A stretch of 64,000 bases of DNA from Chloroflexota bacterium (GTDB lineage: Bacteria; Chloroflexota; Dehalococcoidia; Lucifugimonadales; JADFKI01). Position numbers and translations under genes: made by a program. Shown in pieces: positions 1-10,227 of the stretch. Under the pieces are notes generated by a model. The model did not search any database, was not told where the DNA came from, and saw only the letters and a program-made list of their open reading frames with translations. Location: positions 126,752 to 190,751 of the forward strand of contig JAQBUT010000001.1 of NCBI GenBank assembly GCA_027623195.1, in the 5' to 3' direction. Within the stretch, counting starts at the first letter, position 1; every line of letters starts with the position of its first letter.

Positions 1-56
1 TACTCAGTGCGCTCCACTTCTTCGGCGACGAACTCCGGATGTCGGCGAGGTGACAT

Positions 57-584
57 TTGCCTGCGTATCTCAGCGAAATTGACCTAATATACGGTTCTGC
101 CTGCGATGGCATTCGTTTGGAATCGCACCAAAGAGCACTGATCCGTTTGGTCGCCCAGGCATCCAACCGAGAGGATTTAAAATTTGGGCTTCATGAAGAG
201 CGGGAGATTCAACTGGCAGCTTCCCTGATGATGAACTGGCGTCATATTGGCCTGCAAGCTGAGTTGGATTCATATTCCTCCAACGGTGCATCTCGAAGGC
301 CCGATTTCGGGATAGGGCTTCCGACAAGTAATAAATATTTGTTTCTAGAGCTTAAAGTGATTTGGCCGGGATCCAACAAAGATCAAGTTCTCGACGATCT
401 AAAAAAAATACAAACCATGTATGAATCCGGCGACCTTGCAGTCGGATTGATGACCGTTGGGTATGCCCAACCGAATACGAATCTCAAAATTTTCAATAAA
501 AGACATCACGATATGTCGCGTCAAATACTCGCCACATCTGAATTTGATGAAATTGGCATGAAAAAATCGATCTCAGCGACATAA
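57..584 (+). CDS. Hypothetical protein, possible PD-(D/E)xK nuclease fold; the C-terminus may continue to 643 across a frameshift
   Basis: TTG start after GAGGTG; motif RRPDF...FLELK; visibly more AT-rich than neighbouring genes. Confidence 0.5.
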   Translation: MPAYLSEIDLIYGSACDGIRLESHQRALIRLVAQASNREDLKFGLHEEREIQLAASLMMNWRHIGLQAELDSYSSNGASRRPDFGIGLPTSNKYLFLELKVIWPGSNKDQVLDDLKKIQTMYESGDLAVGLMTVGYAQPNTNLKIFNKRHHDMSRQILATSEFDEIGMKKSISAT

Positions 585-700
585 ATGTAGGTATTAAATA
601 CACTTGGGTTGGCATGTGGATTCCCAAACGAACTTGGCAATGAATGCAATTGACTGAATGGCGCTTAATGAAGTCCCATTTATCTTAGGAAAATAAAACC

Positions 701-3403
701 ATGACATTAACAATCGCAATCAATGGGAACGACGTTAGCGTTAACGACGGGGTGTCGGTGCTGGACGCTATCAACCAGTCTGGCACGTACATTTCGCAAC
801 TGTGCAAGGACCCGGACATGAAGGCGATCGGCGCGTGCCGCACGTGCCTGGTCCATGTGGAGGGCGTTCGCGGCTACCCAGCGTCGTGTTCCGTTCCAGC
901 AGCCGACGGCATGAAGGTGTGGACGAACACGCCGGAGGTCCAGGCCATGCGCAAAGGCGTGATTGAGCTAACGCTGGCCATGTTCCCAAAGAACGGCAAG
1001 AAAGACTATCGTGAGCTTTCCATAGCGGCAGACCAGCACGGCATCACCGAGCCGCGTTGGGAGGGCCGGGAGCGTCAAGAGACCGACGACAGCAGTCCAG
1101 TGTTCAACATTGCGATGGACAGTTGCATCCTCTGCCAACGCTGCGTGCAGGCCTGCCAGGACGGCCACCAGTTCATTGGCGCAATCGACGTATTGGGTCG
1201 CGGCACCGAGGGCAAAATCGGCACCTTCATGGACCGGCCTCTGGTGGAATCAGTATGCACCACCTGCGGCCAGTGCCTTTCGGTCTGCCCCACCGGAGCG
1301 ATTCAAGTGAAGGCCCCTCTGCCCAAGATTGCCAAGACCGTGTCCACCACCTGCCCATACTGCGGCGTTGGCTGCGGCGTGAAGGCGGAGGTCGACGAGA
1401 ATGATCGCATCATCTCCATGCTGGACGACCCGGACAACCAGTCCAGCTTAGGCATGCTTTGCGTCAAAGGCCGGTTCGGCTTCGGCTTCGTGAACCACAA
1501 GGACCGGTTGACAACGCCGCTAATCCGTAAGAACGGCGAGCTAACGCCCGCGTCCTGGGATGAAGCGTTGGAGCTAATCACAGAGAAGTTTGCCGAACAT
1601 CGAGGCGACGCCTTCGGGACGCTATGCTCTGCCAAGGCCACCAACGAGGACGGCTACATCCAGCAAAAATTCTCGCGACTCATCATGCAGAGCAACCACA
1701 TCGACCACTGCACACGCCTGTGCCACTCGCCTTCAGTAGAAGCAATGCTGACGGCCTTGGGTAGTGGCGCGACCAGCAACTCCTACCAGGACTACGAAGA
1801 GGCTGGTTGCCTGGTTATTATCGGCTCCGACGCCAACTCCAACCACCCCGTGGCTGCCTCGCGCATGCGCCGCGCCGTCGTAGAGAAGGGCGCGAAGCTA
1901 ATCGTCATCAACCCGCGTCGCATCGAGATGTGCGACTTCGCGGAGATTTGGCTGAGGCCTCGCCCCGGTACGGACGTGGCGTTGCTTAACGGCATGGCCA
2001 AGGTCATCCTGGACGAGGAGCTTGCCGACTTCGATTTCATAGAGAACCGGACTGAGGACTTCGAGGTTTGGCGCGAGACCGTCGACAAGTACAACCTGGA
2101 ATATGTAGAGCAGATTACCGGGTGCAGCGCCGATGACATCGCGCGGGCGGCCCGCATCTACGCCAAGCCCGCGTTCAGCGGCTCCTGCCTTATCTGGGGC
2201 ATGGGCATCACGCAGCACACCACGGGCACGGCCAACGCCCACGGACTGTTGAACCTGTCCTTCGTGGCGGGCCAACTGGGCAAGCCAGGTGGAGGCATCT
2301 CACCCTTGCGCGGTCAGAATAACGTTCAGGGCTGTGGCGACGCAGGATGTGTTCCCAACTCCTTCCCCGGCTATCAGGTGCTGTCAGACGCATCGGTAGC
2401 CAAGTTCCAGGAGGCTTGGGGCAATAACCCGTTGCCTCCCGAACCGGGGCTGGTGATCACCGACATGGTGCCTGCTATGGACGAGGGCCGCATCAGGGCC
2501 ATGTACATCACCGGGGAGAACCCTCTGCTGAGCGAGCCGGACCTTCACCACGCGGAAGCCGTCTTCAAGAAGCTTGATTTCCTGGTGGTGCAGGACATTT
2601 TCCTGCATGAGACTGCGGCGATAGCCGACGTAGTGCTTCCAGCCACAACCTTCGCAGAGAAGGACGGGACGTTCACGAACAGCGAACGCCGCGTCCAGCG
2701 AGTGAGAAAGGCCGTAGAGCCCGTAGGCGAAAGTCGCCCCGACTGGGAGATCATCTGCGACCTGGGACAGCGCCTAAGCCGCAAGCTAGCACTGGGGGCC
2801 GAGCAGGAGTTCCAGTTCAATCATCCATCAGAGATATGGGACGAGATGGCCAAACTTACGCCTTCTGTGGCTGGCATCTCCTACGACCGTCTAGAGAGGG
2901 AGGGCGGTATACAGTGGCCGTGCCCAACGCCGGACCATCCCGGCACGCGATTCCTGTATGAGAACGATTTCCCGCGAGGGCCTCGCGCCAAGTTCGTGCC
3001 CTTCGACCAGGGTCCGCAGGCGGCGGAGATGCCAAGCAAGCGCTTCCCGTTGTTCATGACGACGGGCCGTACTCTTTATCACTGGCATGGCGGGACCATA
3101 ACACGACGGTCTGATAACCTTCTGGCAAAAATGCCCGAGGTCCCGATTAACATGAACGCCGAAGATGGCGAAAAGTATGGCGTAGCCGACGGCGAGTGGA
3201 TTCGCTTGCGCTCCCGCCGAGGCGACATGGAGGGTAGGGCGATGTACACAGAGAAGATGCGCGCCGGCGAGGTGTTCGTGCCCTTCGTTAAACTGCAGGA
3301 GCACGCCGCCAACTTCCTGACCAACGCCGCGTTAGACCCCAACTCACGCATACCCGAGTACAAGGTCTGCGCCGTGCGGATCGAGAAGATAGAGGCCGAG
3401 TAG
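701..3403 (+). CDS. fdhF: Formate dehydrogenase alpha subunit (Mo/W-bisPGD, FdhF/FdsA-like), Cys-type
   Basis: N-terminal 2Fe-2S motif (GACRTC), two 4Fe-4S motifs (CILCQRC, CTTCGQC), CPYCGVGC, active site HCTRLCHSPS, PLRGQNNVQG, C-terminal PEYKVCAV. Confidence 0.92.
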   Translation: MTLTIAINGNDVSVNDGVSVLDAINQSGTYISQLCKDPDMKAIGACRTCLVHVEGVRGYPASCSVPAADGMKVWTNTPEVQAMRKGVIELTLAMFPKNGKKDYRELSIAADQHGITEPRWEGRERQETDDSSPVFNIAMDSCILCQRCVQACQDGHQFIGAIDVLGRGTEGKIGTFMDRPLVESVCTTCGQCLSVCPTGAIQVKAPLPKIAKTVSTTCPYCGVGCGVKAEVDENDRIISMLDDPDNQSSLGMLCVKGRFGFGFVNHKDRLTTPLIRKNGELTPASWDEALELITEKFAEHRGDAFGTLCSAKATNEDGYIQQKFSRLIMQSNHIDHCTRLCHSPSVEAMLTALGSGATSNSYQDYEEAGCLVIIGSDANSNHPVAASRMRRAVVEKGAKLIVINPRRIEMCDFAEIWLRPRPGTDVALLNGMAKVILDEELADFDFIENRTEDFEVWRETVDKYNLEYVEQITGCSADDIARAARIYAKPAFSGSCLIWGMGITQHTTGTANAHGLLNLSFVAGQLGKPGGGISPLRGQNNVQGCGDAGCVPNSFPGYQVLSDASVAKFQEAWGNNPLPPEPGLVITDMVPAMDEGRIRAMYITGENPLLSEPDLHHAEAVFKKLDFLVVQDIFLHETAAIADVVLPATTFAEKDGTFTNSERRVQRVRKAVEPVGESRPDWEIICDLGQRLSRKLALGAEQEFQFNHPSEIWDEMAKLTPSVAGISYDRLEREGGIQWPCPTPDHPGTRFLYENDFPRGPRAKFVPFDQGPQAAEMPSKRFPLFMTTGRTLYHWHGGTITRRSDNLLAKMPEVPINMNAEDGEKYGVADGEWIRLRSRRGDMEGRAMYTEKMRAGEVFVPFVKLQEHAANFLTNAALDPNSRIPEYKVCAVRIEKIEAE

Positions 3404-3486
3404 AGTATCGGGGCCACCACATAGTATAAAATGGCCGAAAATTTGGTTTCGCCTGTCCAGCACTGTTTAAAGGAGCTGTCCAAGAA

Positions 3487-4716
3487 ATGAAATTCTGCAT
3501 GTTCCATCTTATGCCGTATCGGGATTTACCGGACAACTTCGAGAACGACTATCACAGCGTCTGCGTGGACGTGCCGAGTAACCTTTACGACCCGGTCAAA
3601 GGCTCTCAGATGTACAACGACGCGCTGGACGAACTGGTTTACGCAGACAAGATGGGCATCGACGGCGTTTGCGTCAACGAGCACCATTCGCACATGTACG
3701 GCATGATGCCTTCGCCCAACCTGATGGCCGCCGCGCTGGCAAGGGAGACCGAGGACGCAGCCGTTATAGTGCTGGGCAACAGCCTGCCGCTATACAATCC
3801 CGCTATCCGCGTGGCCGAAGAGTTCGCCATGCTGGACGCCATCAGTGGTGGTCGGGTGATAGCTGGCTTCCCGGTTGGTTCCTCCCACGATACCAACTAC
3901 TCCTACGGCAAGGTGCCCGCTACTCTTCGCGAGCAGTATCGTGAGGCCCACGACCTTATCATCCAATCGTGGACCCGCGACGATGTGTTTTCTTTCAACG
4001 GCAAATACAACCAGCTTCGGTACGTGAACGTGCTGCCCAAGCCGATGCAGAAACCTCACCCGCCAATATGGGTTCCCGGCGGCGGCAGTATCGAGACGTG
4101 GGACTTCTGTCTGGAAAACGATTACGTCTACTGCTACCTGAGTTACTCCGGATACGAAAATGGCAAGTCCAGGCTGCAGGGTTTCTGGGATCGCGCCGAT
4201 GAGTTGGGCTATGAAAAGAATCCATTCCGGGCCGGATTTCTGCAACTGGTAGTCGTTTCCGAGACGGACGAACAGGCAGAGAAGGACTACGCGAAGCATG
4301 CACTTTACTTCTTCAAGAAGTGCCTGCACACCTACCCGGGATTCGCGGAAGCTCCCGGCTACCGCACCATGGAAACCATATCAAGGGACGTGCGCTCTGT
4401 GTACACGAACCTACGCCGTCAGCAGTCGTCGGAGTGGACATACCGCGATTACGTGGAGGCAGGCAACATCATCGCCGGCAGCCCGGACACTGTGCGTGAG
4501 CGGTTGAAAGAGGCGATCACGGGCCTGAACGTTGGCAACCTCATGGTGCTCCTGCACATCGGCAGCATGCCCAAGGAGCTAACGGAGAAGAACATCCGCT
4601 TGTTCACCCAGGAGGTTATGCCGGGCCTAAAGGACATGTGGTCCGACTGGGATAATCGCTGGTGGATTAAGCCCGTGGGGCAACAGTCGGATTCGATGGC
4701 CACGCCCGCGGACTAG
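3487..4716 (+). CDS. LLM-class (luciferase-like) flavin-dependent oxidoreductase
   Basis: NEHH, RVAEEFAMLDAISGGR, PKPMQKPHPPIW, GSPDTV motifs. Confidence 0.92.
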   Translation: MKFCMFHLMPYRDLPDNFENDYHSVCVDVPSNLYDPVKGSQMYNDALDELVYADKMGIDGVCVNEHHSHMYGMMPSPNLMAAALARETEDAAVIVLGNSLPLYNPAIRVAEEFAMLDAISGGRVIAGFPVGSSHDTNYSYGKVPATLREQYREAHDLIIQSWTRDDVFSFNGKYNQLRYVNVLPKPMQKPHPPIWVPGGGSIETWDFCLENDYVYCYLSYSGYENGKSRLQGFWDRADELGYEKNPFRAGFLQLVVVSETDEQAEKDYAKHALYFFKKCLHTYPGFAEAPGYRTMETISRDVRSVYTNLRRQQSSEWTYRDYVEAGNIIAGSPDTVRERLKEAITGLNVGNLMVLLHIGSMPKELTEKNIRLFTQEVMPGLKDMWSDWDNRWWIKPVGQQSDSMATPAD

Positions 4717-4795
4717 GGCTCAGAACCGATCATGTTAAGACCGACCAAAGTTCGCCGCAGTGGTAGTTTAGTGAACGATAATTAGGGGATGCAAT

Positions 4796-5473
4796 TTGAC
4801 TCTAGGCCAGATGCCCAGGCCTGAAGCAAACCAGTTCATGGGAAAGCGAAAGCTGTTCCTGGTTCCCAACTATATCTTTCCGCCGGGGATGCCTGACGAG
4901 GCGCAGAAGCTGGAAGAGCGCTACTGGTCCGAGGTACGCGACCACGTGCAGAACCTGGAGCGGTCACTAGGTCCAGTGCATCACGTCTTCCACGAGATGC
5001 TATATACGCAGGGCGACGAAGGCATGAGGCTGATAGAGGCCATGAACCCTCTGGGTTGCTCATTCATTCGCACCCTGTGCAGCTCGTCGGCAACACTACA
5101 AGTCACCGAGGACCAGGCCGTCTTTGAAGAAAACATCGACTGGCAGAGGTGTCTTTCCGTGGGTCTCATGAGCGAAAAAGTTATGACCCTCGCCACGGAA
5201 GGCGCTCAGGAGACTACGCAGAAGCGCTACGAACACATAGGCACTCGCATCGCCGAGACGCTGAAGGAAAACGACAACGGAGTTCTGTTCATTCGAGAAG
5301 ACCACCGGGTCCAATTCCCCTCCGACATTCAAGTCTTCTACGTTGCGCCGCCAGCCCTGGACGCCACCAAGCGCTGGATAGACGAGCAGAGGAAGAGCTA
5401 CGCGCAGGCGCAGGCCCAACAGCCATCAGAGGAATCTCAGAACGCACCAAATACTGAGGCGCCTTCAGAATAA
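4796..5473 (+). CDS. Conserved hypothetical protein
   Basis: 225-aa ORF with a TTG start after AGGGG; fills the gap between neighbours; natural amino-acid composition. Confidence 0.75.
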   Translation: MTLGQMPRPEANQFMGKRKLFLVPNYIFPPGMPDEAQKLEERYWSEVRDHVQNLERSLGPVHHVFHEMLYTQGDEGMRLIEAMNPLGCSFIRTLCSSSATLQVTEDQAVFEENIDWQRCLSVGLMSEKVMTLATEGAQETTQKRYEHIGTRIAETLKENDNGVLFIREDHRVQFPSDIQVFYVAPPALDATKRWIDEQRKSYAQAQAQQPSEESQNAPNTEAPSE

Positions 5474-5565
5474 CCCTCCGTCCCGCCTCATCGCCTACAT
5501 TTCGCGCCAGTCACGCACTTCCTTTATAATACTCTCCCGCACGTAACCAACATCAGGAGAGTTCA

Positions 5566-7287
5566 ATGGTAGACAGGAATGGCGCCCCGCTTCGCAGTCA
5601 AGAGTGGTTCGACACCCCCGAGCTTTACGGCTGGCTACGGCAGGCCGCATTTAAGGCTGAGGGGTTTGGGGAGCCGTCCTACCAGAACAAGCCCATCATC
5701 GGCATCTGCAACACCTGGAGCGAGCTTACCCACTGCAACGCCCACCTGCGCGGCCTGGCTGAGGCTGTCAAGCGCGGCGTTTGGCAGGCGGGCGGATTCC
5801 CCATGGAGTTCCCGGTAATGTCGCTGGGCGAGTACAACATGCGCCCGACCACGATGCTCTTCCGCAATCTTATGAGCATGGATGTAGAGGAGTCCATCAC
5901 GGCCAACCCCTTGGACGGCGTGGTCCTGCTGGGCGGTTGCGACAAGACAACTCCGGCGCTGCTCATGGGCGCTGCCAGCGCAGACATTCCCGCCATCCTG
6001 GTTACGGGCGGTCCGCAGCTCAAAGGCAACTGGCGCGGCGAGGAGCTAGGCTCCTGCACCGACTGCCGCCGCTACAGCGTAGAGTTGCGCGCGGGCACTA
6101 TCAACGAGGAGCAGTGGGCCGAGCTACAGAACTGCATCGTGCGTAGCCCTGGCCACTGTATGGTCATGGGCACCGCCTCCACTATGGGCTCCATGGGAGA
6201 GGCGCTGGGCATCGCACTTCCCGGCAACGCTGCGATACCGGCGGTGGACTCGCGGCGCACTCAACTGGCTGAGGAAGCTGGCCGTCAGATAATCGAGCTG
6301 GTCAAGCAGGACCTGCGGCCGTCCAAGATCATGACGCAAGAGGCCTTCGAGAACGCGATAACGACGCTGCATTCCATCGGTGGCTCAACGAACGCCATAA
6401 TCCACCTCACGGCCATTGCCGGTCGGCTGGGAATAGAATTACCTCTAAAGCTGTTCGACGATCTCTCCCGCACCACGCCATTCCTGCTGAACCTGAAGCC
6501 CTCGGGCGAGTACTTGATGGAAGATTTCTTCTACGCGGGCGGACTACCAGCCCTACTCAAAGAAATCTCCCCGCTGCTTCATAGGGAGTGCATCACAGTA
6601 ACGGGACGCACCATTGGCGAAAACGTAGCCTCTGCCCTGAACCACAATCCGGACATAATACGCCCCCTGGACAACGCTCTGAATCCTGAGGGCGGTCTGG
6701 CGGTGCTGTACGGCTCCCTGGCGCCTGGAGGAGCCATCGTCAAGCCCACGGCCGCCTCGCCGGCACTGCTGACGCACCGGGGCAGGGCGCTGGTGTTCGA
6801 AGACCATGAGGATATGGACCGACGCATCGACGACCCGGACCTGGAGGTCACGCCCGACGACGTTCTGGTGATGCGAAATGCCGGGCCTATTGGCGGGCCA
6901 GGCATGCCGGAGTGGGGTTTCCTGCCGCTGCCAAAAAAGATCCTGACTCGGGGCATCCGAGACATGGTGCGCCTCAGCGACGCACGCATGAGCGGCACTG
7001 CCTTCGGAACAGTAGTGGTGCACATCACGCCGGAGTCGACGTACGGTAGCCCGCTGGCAGCGGTTCGCACAGGCGACATGATTGAGCTGGACGTGGCCAA
7101 TCGCCGGTTGGACCTGCTGGTGGAGGATAGGGAAGTGAAGCGTAGGCTTGCGGAGATGCCGCCTATGAAGCAACACTTCACTAGAGGCTACGGCTGGATG
7201 TACTCCCAGCACATCTTGGGAGCGGACAAGGGCTGCGACTTCGATTTCTTGAGGGCGGAGAATCTGGTGGGGGCGTTGGCGCGGTAG
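5566..7287 (+). CDS. IlvD/Edd-family dehydratase, sugar-acid (L-arabonate/D-xylonate-like) branch
   Basis: ELTHCNAH, GCDKTTP, CMVMGTASTM, GGSTN, GGPGMPE, SDARMSGT; C-terminal GCDFDFL typical of pentonate dehydratases. Confidence 0.9.
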   Translation: MVDRNGAPLRSQEWFDTPELYGWLRQAAFKAEGFGEPSYQNKPIIGICNTWSELTHCNAHLRGLAEAVKRGVWQAGGFPMEFPVMSLGEYNMRPTTMLFRNLMSMDVEESITANPLDGVVLLGGCDKTTPALLMGAASADIPAILVTGGPQLKGNWRGEELGSCTDCRRYSVELRAGTINEEQWAELQNCIVRSPGHCMVMGTASTMGSMGEALGIALPGNAAIPAVDSRRTQLAEEAGRQIIELVKQDLRPSKIMTQEAFENAITTLHSIGGSTNAIIHLTAIAGRLGIELPLKLFDDLSRTTPFLLNLKPSGEYLMEDFFYAGGLPALLKEISPLLHRECITVTGRTIGENVASALNHNPDIIRPLDNALNPEGGLAVLYGSLAPGGAIVKPTAASPALLTHRGRALVFEDHEDMDRRIDDPDLEVTPDDVLVMRNAGPIGGPGMPEWGFLPLPKKILTRGIRDMVRLSDARMSGTAFGTVVVHITPESTYGSPLAAVRTGDMIELDVANRRLDLLVEDREVKRRLAEMPPMKQHFTRGYGWMYSQHILGADKGCDFDFLRAENLVGALAR

Positions 7288-7328
7288 AGGTTTCTAGCGG
7301 CAGAGGTTTCTATAGGTCTGGAACTCGT

Positions 7329-8324
7329 CTAAAGGTCGAAGTCCTCATCGTCGTCAAGGTCGTCTTCGTTGAAATCGGTCAGCACGATTTCCCGGATGAG
7401 TTCGCGCTCTTCGTGGGACATGACCCAGTCGAGGGCGTCGGCGTTCTCCTCAATCTCGGCCGGTCGACGGGTGCCAACCAGCCCCACAGTGACCGCCGGG
7501 TTGGAGATTACCCAGGCCAGGGCAAGCTGTGCCACAGTCATGCCTTTGACGTCGGCGATGGCCCTGAGGTCCTCCACCCTGTCCAGGTTTCGTAGAAAAT
7601 CATCGCCTCTGAACAGTGGCAGACCAAAGGCCATGAGGTTTCGCCGCCAGTCGTCTTCCTCGAATTCCGTCTCAGGATTCATAGTTCCACTGAGAAGACC
7701 GTGCGCCAGCGAGCCGTAGGCCATCACGCCTATGTCGTTGGCTTCGCAGAAGGGGAACAGCTTCGCCTCGGGCCTGAAATCGAACAGGTGGTAGCCGACC
7801 TGGTTGGTAATGATGGGGAACGTTTTCAGGCACTCCTCCACCTGCACCACGGAGAAGTTGCTAACGCCTCCGTAACGTATCTTGCCCTGCTCCCGAAACT
7901 TGGCAAAGGCATCCATAGGCTCGGACATGGGCCGTGATTCGTCAGGCCAGTGGATTAGATAAAGGTCGAGGTAGTCGGTCTGAAGGCGTTTCAGGCTGTC
8001 GTTCAGACCCTTTTCCAATGCTTCGTAAGAGCTGTCCCGCTTTTGCGAATCGTTGGGATCGTCCCACACGCGACCGCCTTTGCTAACGAGAACGACGTCT
8101 TCGCGTTTGCCTTTGAGCGCCTTGCCCAGAAGCTTCTCGCCTTCGCCCCAGCCGTATATGGCAGCGGTGTCGAAGAGCGTCACCCCGCATTCGATGGCGG
8201 CGTCAACCGAGTCCAGAACCTCTTCGCTATCGAAAGAGCCGTAGTGGCCTTTGCCCATGGGCCAGCCACCAAAACCTACAACGGAGGTTTCGAGATCCGA
8301 GTTGCCAAACTTACTGTATTCCAT
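7329..8324 (-). CDS. Aldo/keto reductase
   Basis: FDTAAIYG, SLKRLQTDYLDLYLIHWPD, GVSNF, AQLALAW. Confidence 0.93.
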   Translation of the reverse strand: MEYSKFGNSDLETSVVGFGGWPMGKGHYGSFDSEEVLDSVDAAIECGVTLFDTAAIYGWGEGEKLLGKALKGKREDVVLVSKGGRVWDDPNDSQKRDSSYEALEKGLNDSLKRLQTDYLDLYLIHWPDESRPMSEPMDAFAKFREQGKIRYGGVSNFSVVQVEECLKTFPIITNQVGYHLFDFRPEAKLFPFCEANDIGVMAYGSLAHGLLSGTMNPETEFEEDDWRRNLMAFGLPLFRGDDFLRNLDRVEDLRAIADVKGMTVAQLALAWVISNPAVTVGLVGTRRPAEIEENADALDWVMSHEERELIREIVLTDFNEDDLDDDEDFDL

Positions 8325-8353
8325 ACTCTTACCTGCGCCTGCGCACGCGGAAT

Positions 8354-9394
8354 TTACTGAAGAACCTGAACCTTGATAGAGCCAGTACTCTTATCGTACG
8401 CCGTCTCAAATCCCGTTTGGATTTCGTCCAGCGAATACCTGTGCGTAACCATCTTTGCCAGTGGTACTTTGCCCGACGCCATCATGTCTATAGCCACCTC
8501 GTAGTCGTGCCTTCCATCCTGGATTCCGTAGCACGATGAGAAGATGATGGTCTGCTCCTTGAGCATGGGCCGGAGCCAGTCCACGGTTACCGGCGTTCGG
8601 TAGCCGCCTATGACGACGAAGCGTCCTTGCCGCCTGGTTATCGTTATGGCCTGCTCCAGAGGGGCCGCGTTCCAACCGCCCACGGTCTCGATAGTCAGGT
8701 CAGCTCCTCGGCCTTCGGTAGCATCCGCTACCGCATCCACAAACGCAGGGTCGTCGGGCTGGAAAGCGTAGTCAGCCCCCAGAATCTTGGCCATGGAGGC
8801 CTGCTGTTCGTGTCGAGCCGTAACGAATATCTTGCCGGTGCCGATAGCCCTGGCAGCCGCCACCGCCGTAAGACCTATGTTGCCGGAGCCAAGCACAACG
8901 ACTGTTTCGTCGCCTTTTAGTTGGCCACGCCGCACACCGTGCAACGACACCGCGAAGGGCTCAACCAGTGCGCCCTCTTCCCAGGAGAGATTGTCGGGCA
9001 GAACGTAGCAGCCGGGGGCCTTGCGCTTGATGTACTCGGCGAACCCACCGCCAATTATTTCCGACATGTTCTGGCACTGCCTGTACTGGCCTATGCGGCA
9101 GTACCAGCAGGTGAGGCAGGCCTTGCCGTGACCGATGATCTCCATGGCCACGCGCTTGCCGATAAGCGACTCATCCACTCCGGGGCCGGCCTCCACTATC
9201 TCTCCCGCAACCTCGTGGCCAACGGGGTCCTGGTCTTCCTCCGTCTGGTCGGCCTTCATCTGCAGGTCAGAGCCGCATATCCCGGTTGCCCTGACTTTAA
9301 CCAGTACCTCGCCTGGGCCAACCACGGGCTTGGGGTACTCGGCTACATTCATCTTGCCTTTGCCGTCGTAAAAAGCGGCCTTCATCATTTCCAT
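8354..9394 (-). CDS. Zn-dependent alcohol/polyol dehydrogenase (MDR family)
   Basis: GICGSD, GHE, structural Zn CxxCxxCx7C, GSGNIG. Confidence 0.93.
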   Translation of the reverse strand: MEMMKAAFYDGKGKMNVAEYPKPVVGPGEVLVKVRATGICGSDLQMKADQTEEDQDPVGHEVAGEIVEAGPGVDESLIGKRVAMEIIGHGKACLTCWYCRIGQYRQCQNMSEIIGGGFAEYIKRKAPGCYVLPDNLSWEEGALVEPFAVSLHGVRRGQLKGDETVVVLGSGNIGLTAVAAARAIGTGKIFVTARHEQQASMAKILGADYAFQPDDPAFVDAVADATEGRGADLTIETVGGWNAAPLEQAITITRRQGRFVVIGGYRTPVTVDWLRPMLKEQTIIFSSCYGIQDGRHDYEVAIDMMASGKVPLAKMVTHRYSLDEIQTGFETAYDKSTGSIKVQVLQ

Positions 9395-9433
9395 GTCAAA
9401 CTCTCCAACCGGTGCAGGTTCCGCCTCGCTTTT

Positions 9434-10180
9434 TTACTGGTTGTTCTTAAGGAACTGCTCAGCAGTATTCAATATGGCGTCGTTTAATGGCATTGTGGTG
9501 AAGAGGTCCGAGAAGAGCTTGCGGCCTCGCGCATGAATCAGATCCCCGATGCGATTCTGCTCCGCCTGCACATCTGCGTGGTCCGGCCTGCCAGGATAAC
9601 CCATGGACTGGGCAAGGTCGTTGGTGCCCCATGCAAAAGCATCCAGGCCATCAACCGCCAGTATCTCTTCGATATTACCGAAGGATGTAGCGCTCTCCAA
9701 TTGGCACATCACGAGCATCTCCTTGTTGGCCTGTATCATGTACTCGGTGCGCTGGATGCCGGGCTGGTCGATAAGCCTGGGGTCGTTGTAATAGGTGCCC
9801 CGGCCGCCACCCCAACTGCGCTCGCCCTCAGGCGTGAATCGGCAGGCGTCCACAAGAGCCTTAGCCTCTTCGCCGTTCTCCACATGCGGTCCCAGTATGC
9901 CGATGACGCCCCTATCCAGGAACTGGTTAATGACCGCCGGGTTCTTGCCGGGTACTCTGGCGGTGGTCGTCAGGCCGTAGCCATCAGCCACACGGACCAT
10001 AGCGTCGATGGACTCGGGTGAAAACAGACCGTGCTCACCGTCCAGGTTAACGAAATCGAAGCCGCCCAGCATGCCGATCAGTTCCACGGCCTCGACGCAG
10101 GGGTAGACAAGGCCTATACCCAGGCCTTTTTTGCCCTGCCTGTTCTTCTCAAAGATGTTGTTCTTTCGGAAAGTTACCAT
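9434..10180 (-). CDS. HpcH/HpaI class II pyruvate aldolase family protein
   Basis: DGEHG, ARVP, QLES, GTNDL motifs. Confidence 0.88.
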   Translation of the reverse strand: MVTFRKNNIFEKNRQGKKGLGIGLVYPCVEAVELIGMLGGFDFVNLDGEHGLFSPESIDAMVRVADGYGLTTTARVPGKNPAVINQFLDRGVIGILGPHVENGEEAKALVDACRFTPEGERSWGGGRGTYYNDPRLIDQPGIQRTEYMIQANKEMLVMCQLESATSFGNIEEILAVDGLDAFAWGTNDLAQSMGYPGRPDHADVQAEQNRIGDLIHARGRKLFSDLFTTMPLNDAILNTAEQFLKNNQ

Positions 10181-10227
10181 CAGATTCTCCTCATATTCAT
10201 TTCTATTGAAACCAGACAGAGGGCAAT

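Noticed and set aside
7281..7312. 16-bp tandem duplication GCGGYAGAGGTTTCTA
   Set aside because: Only two copies at a gene end; likely local slippage, not an array
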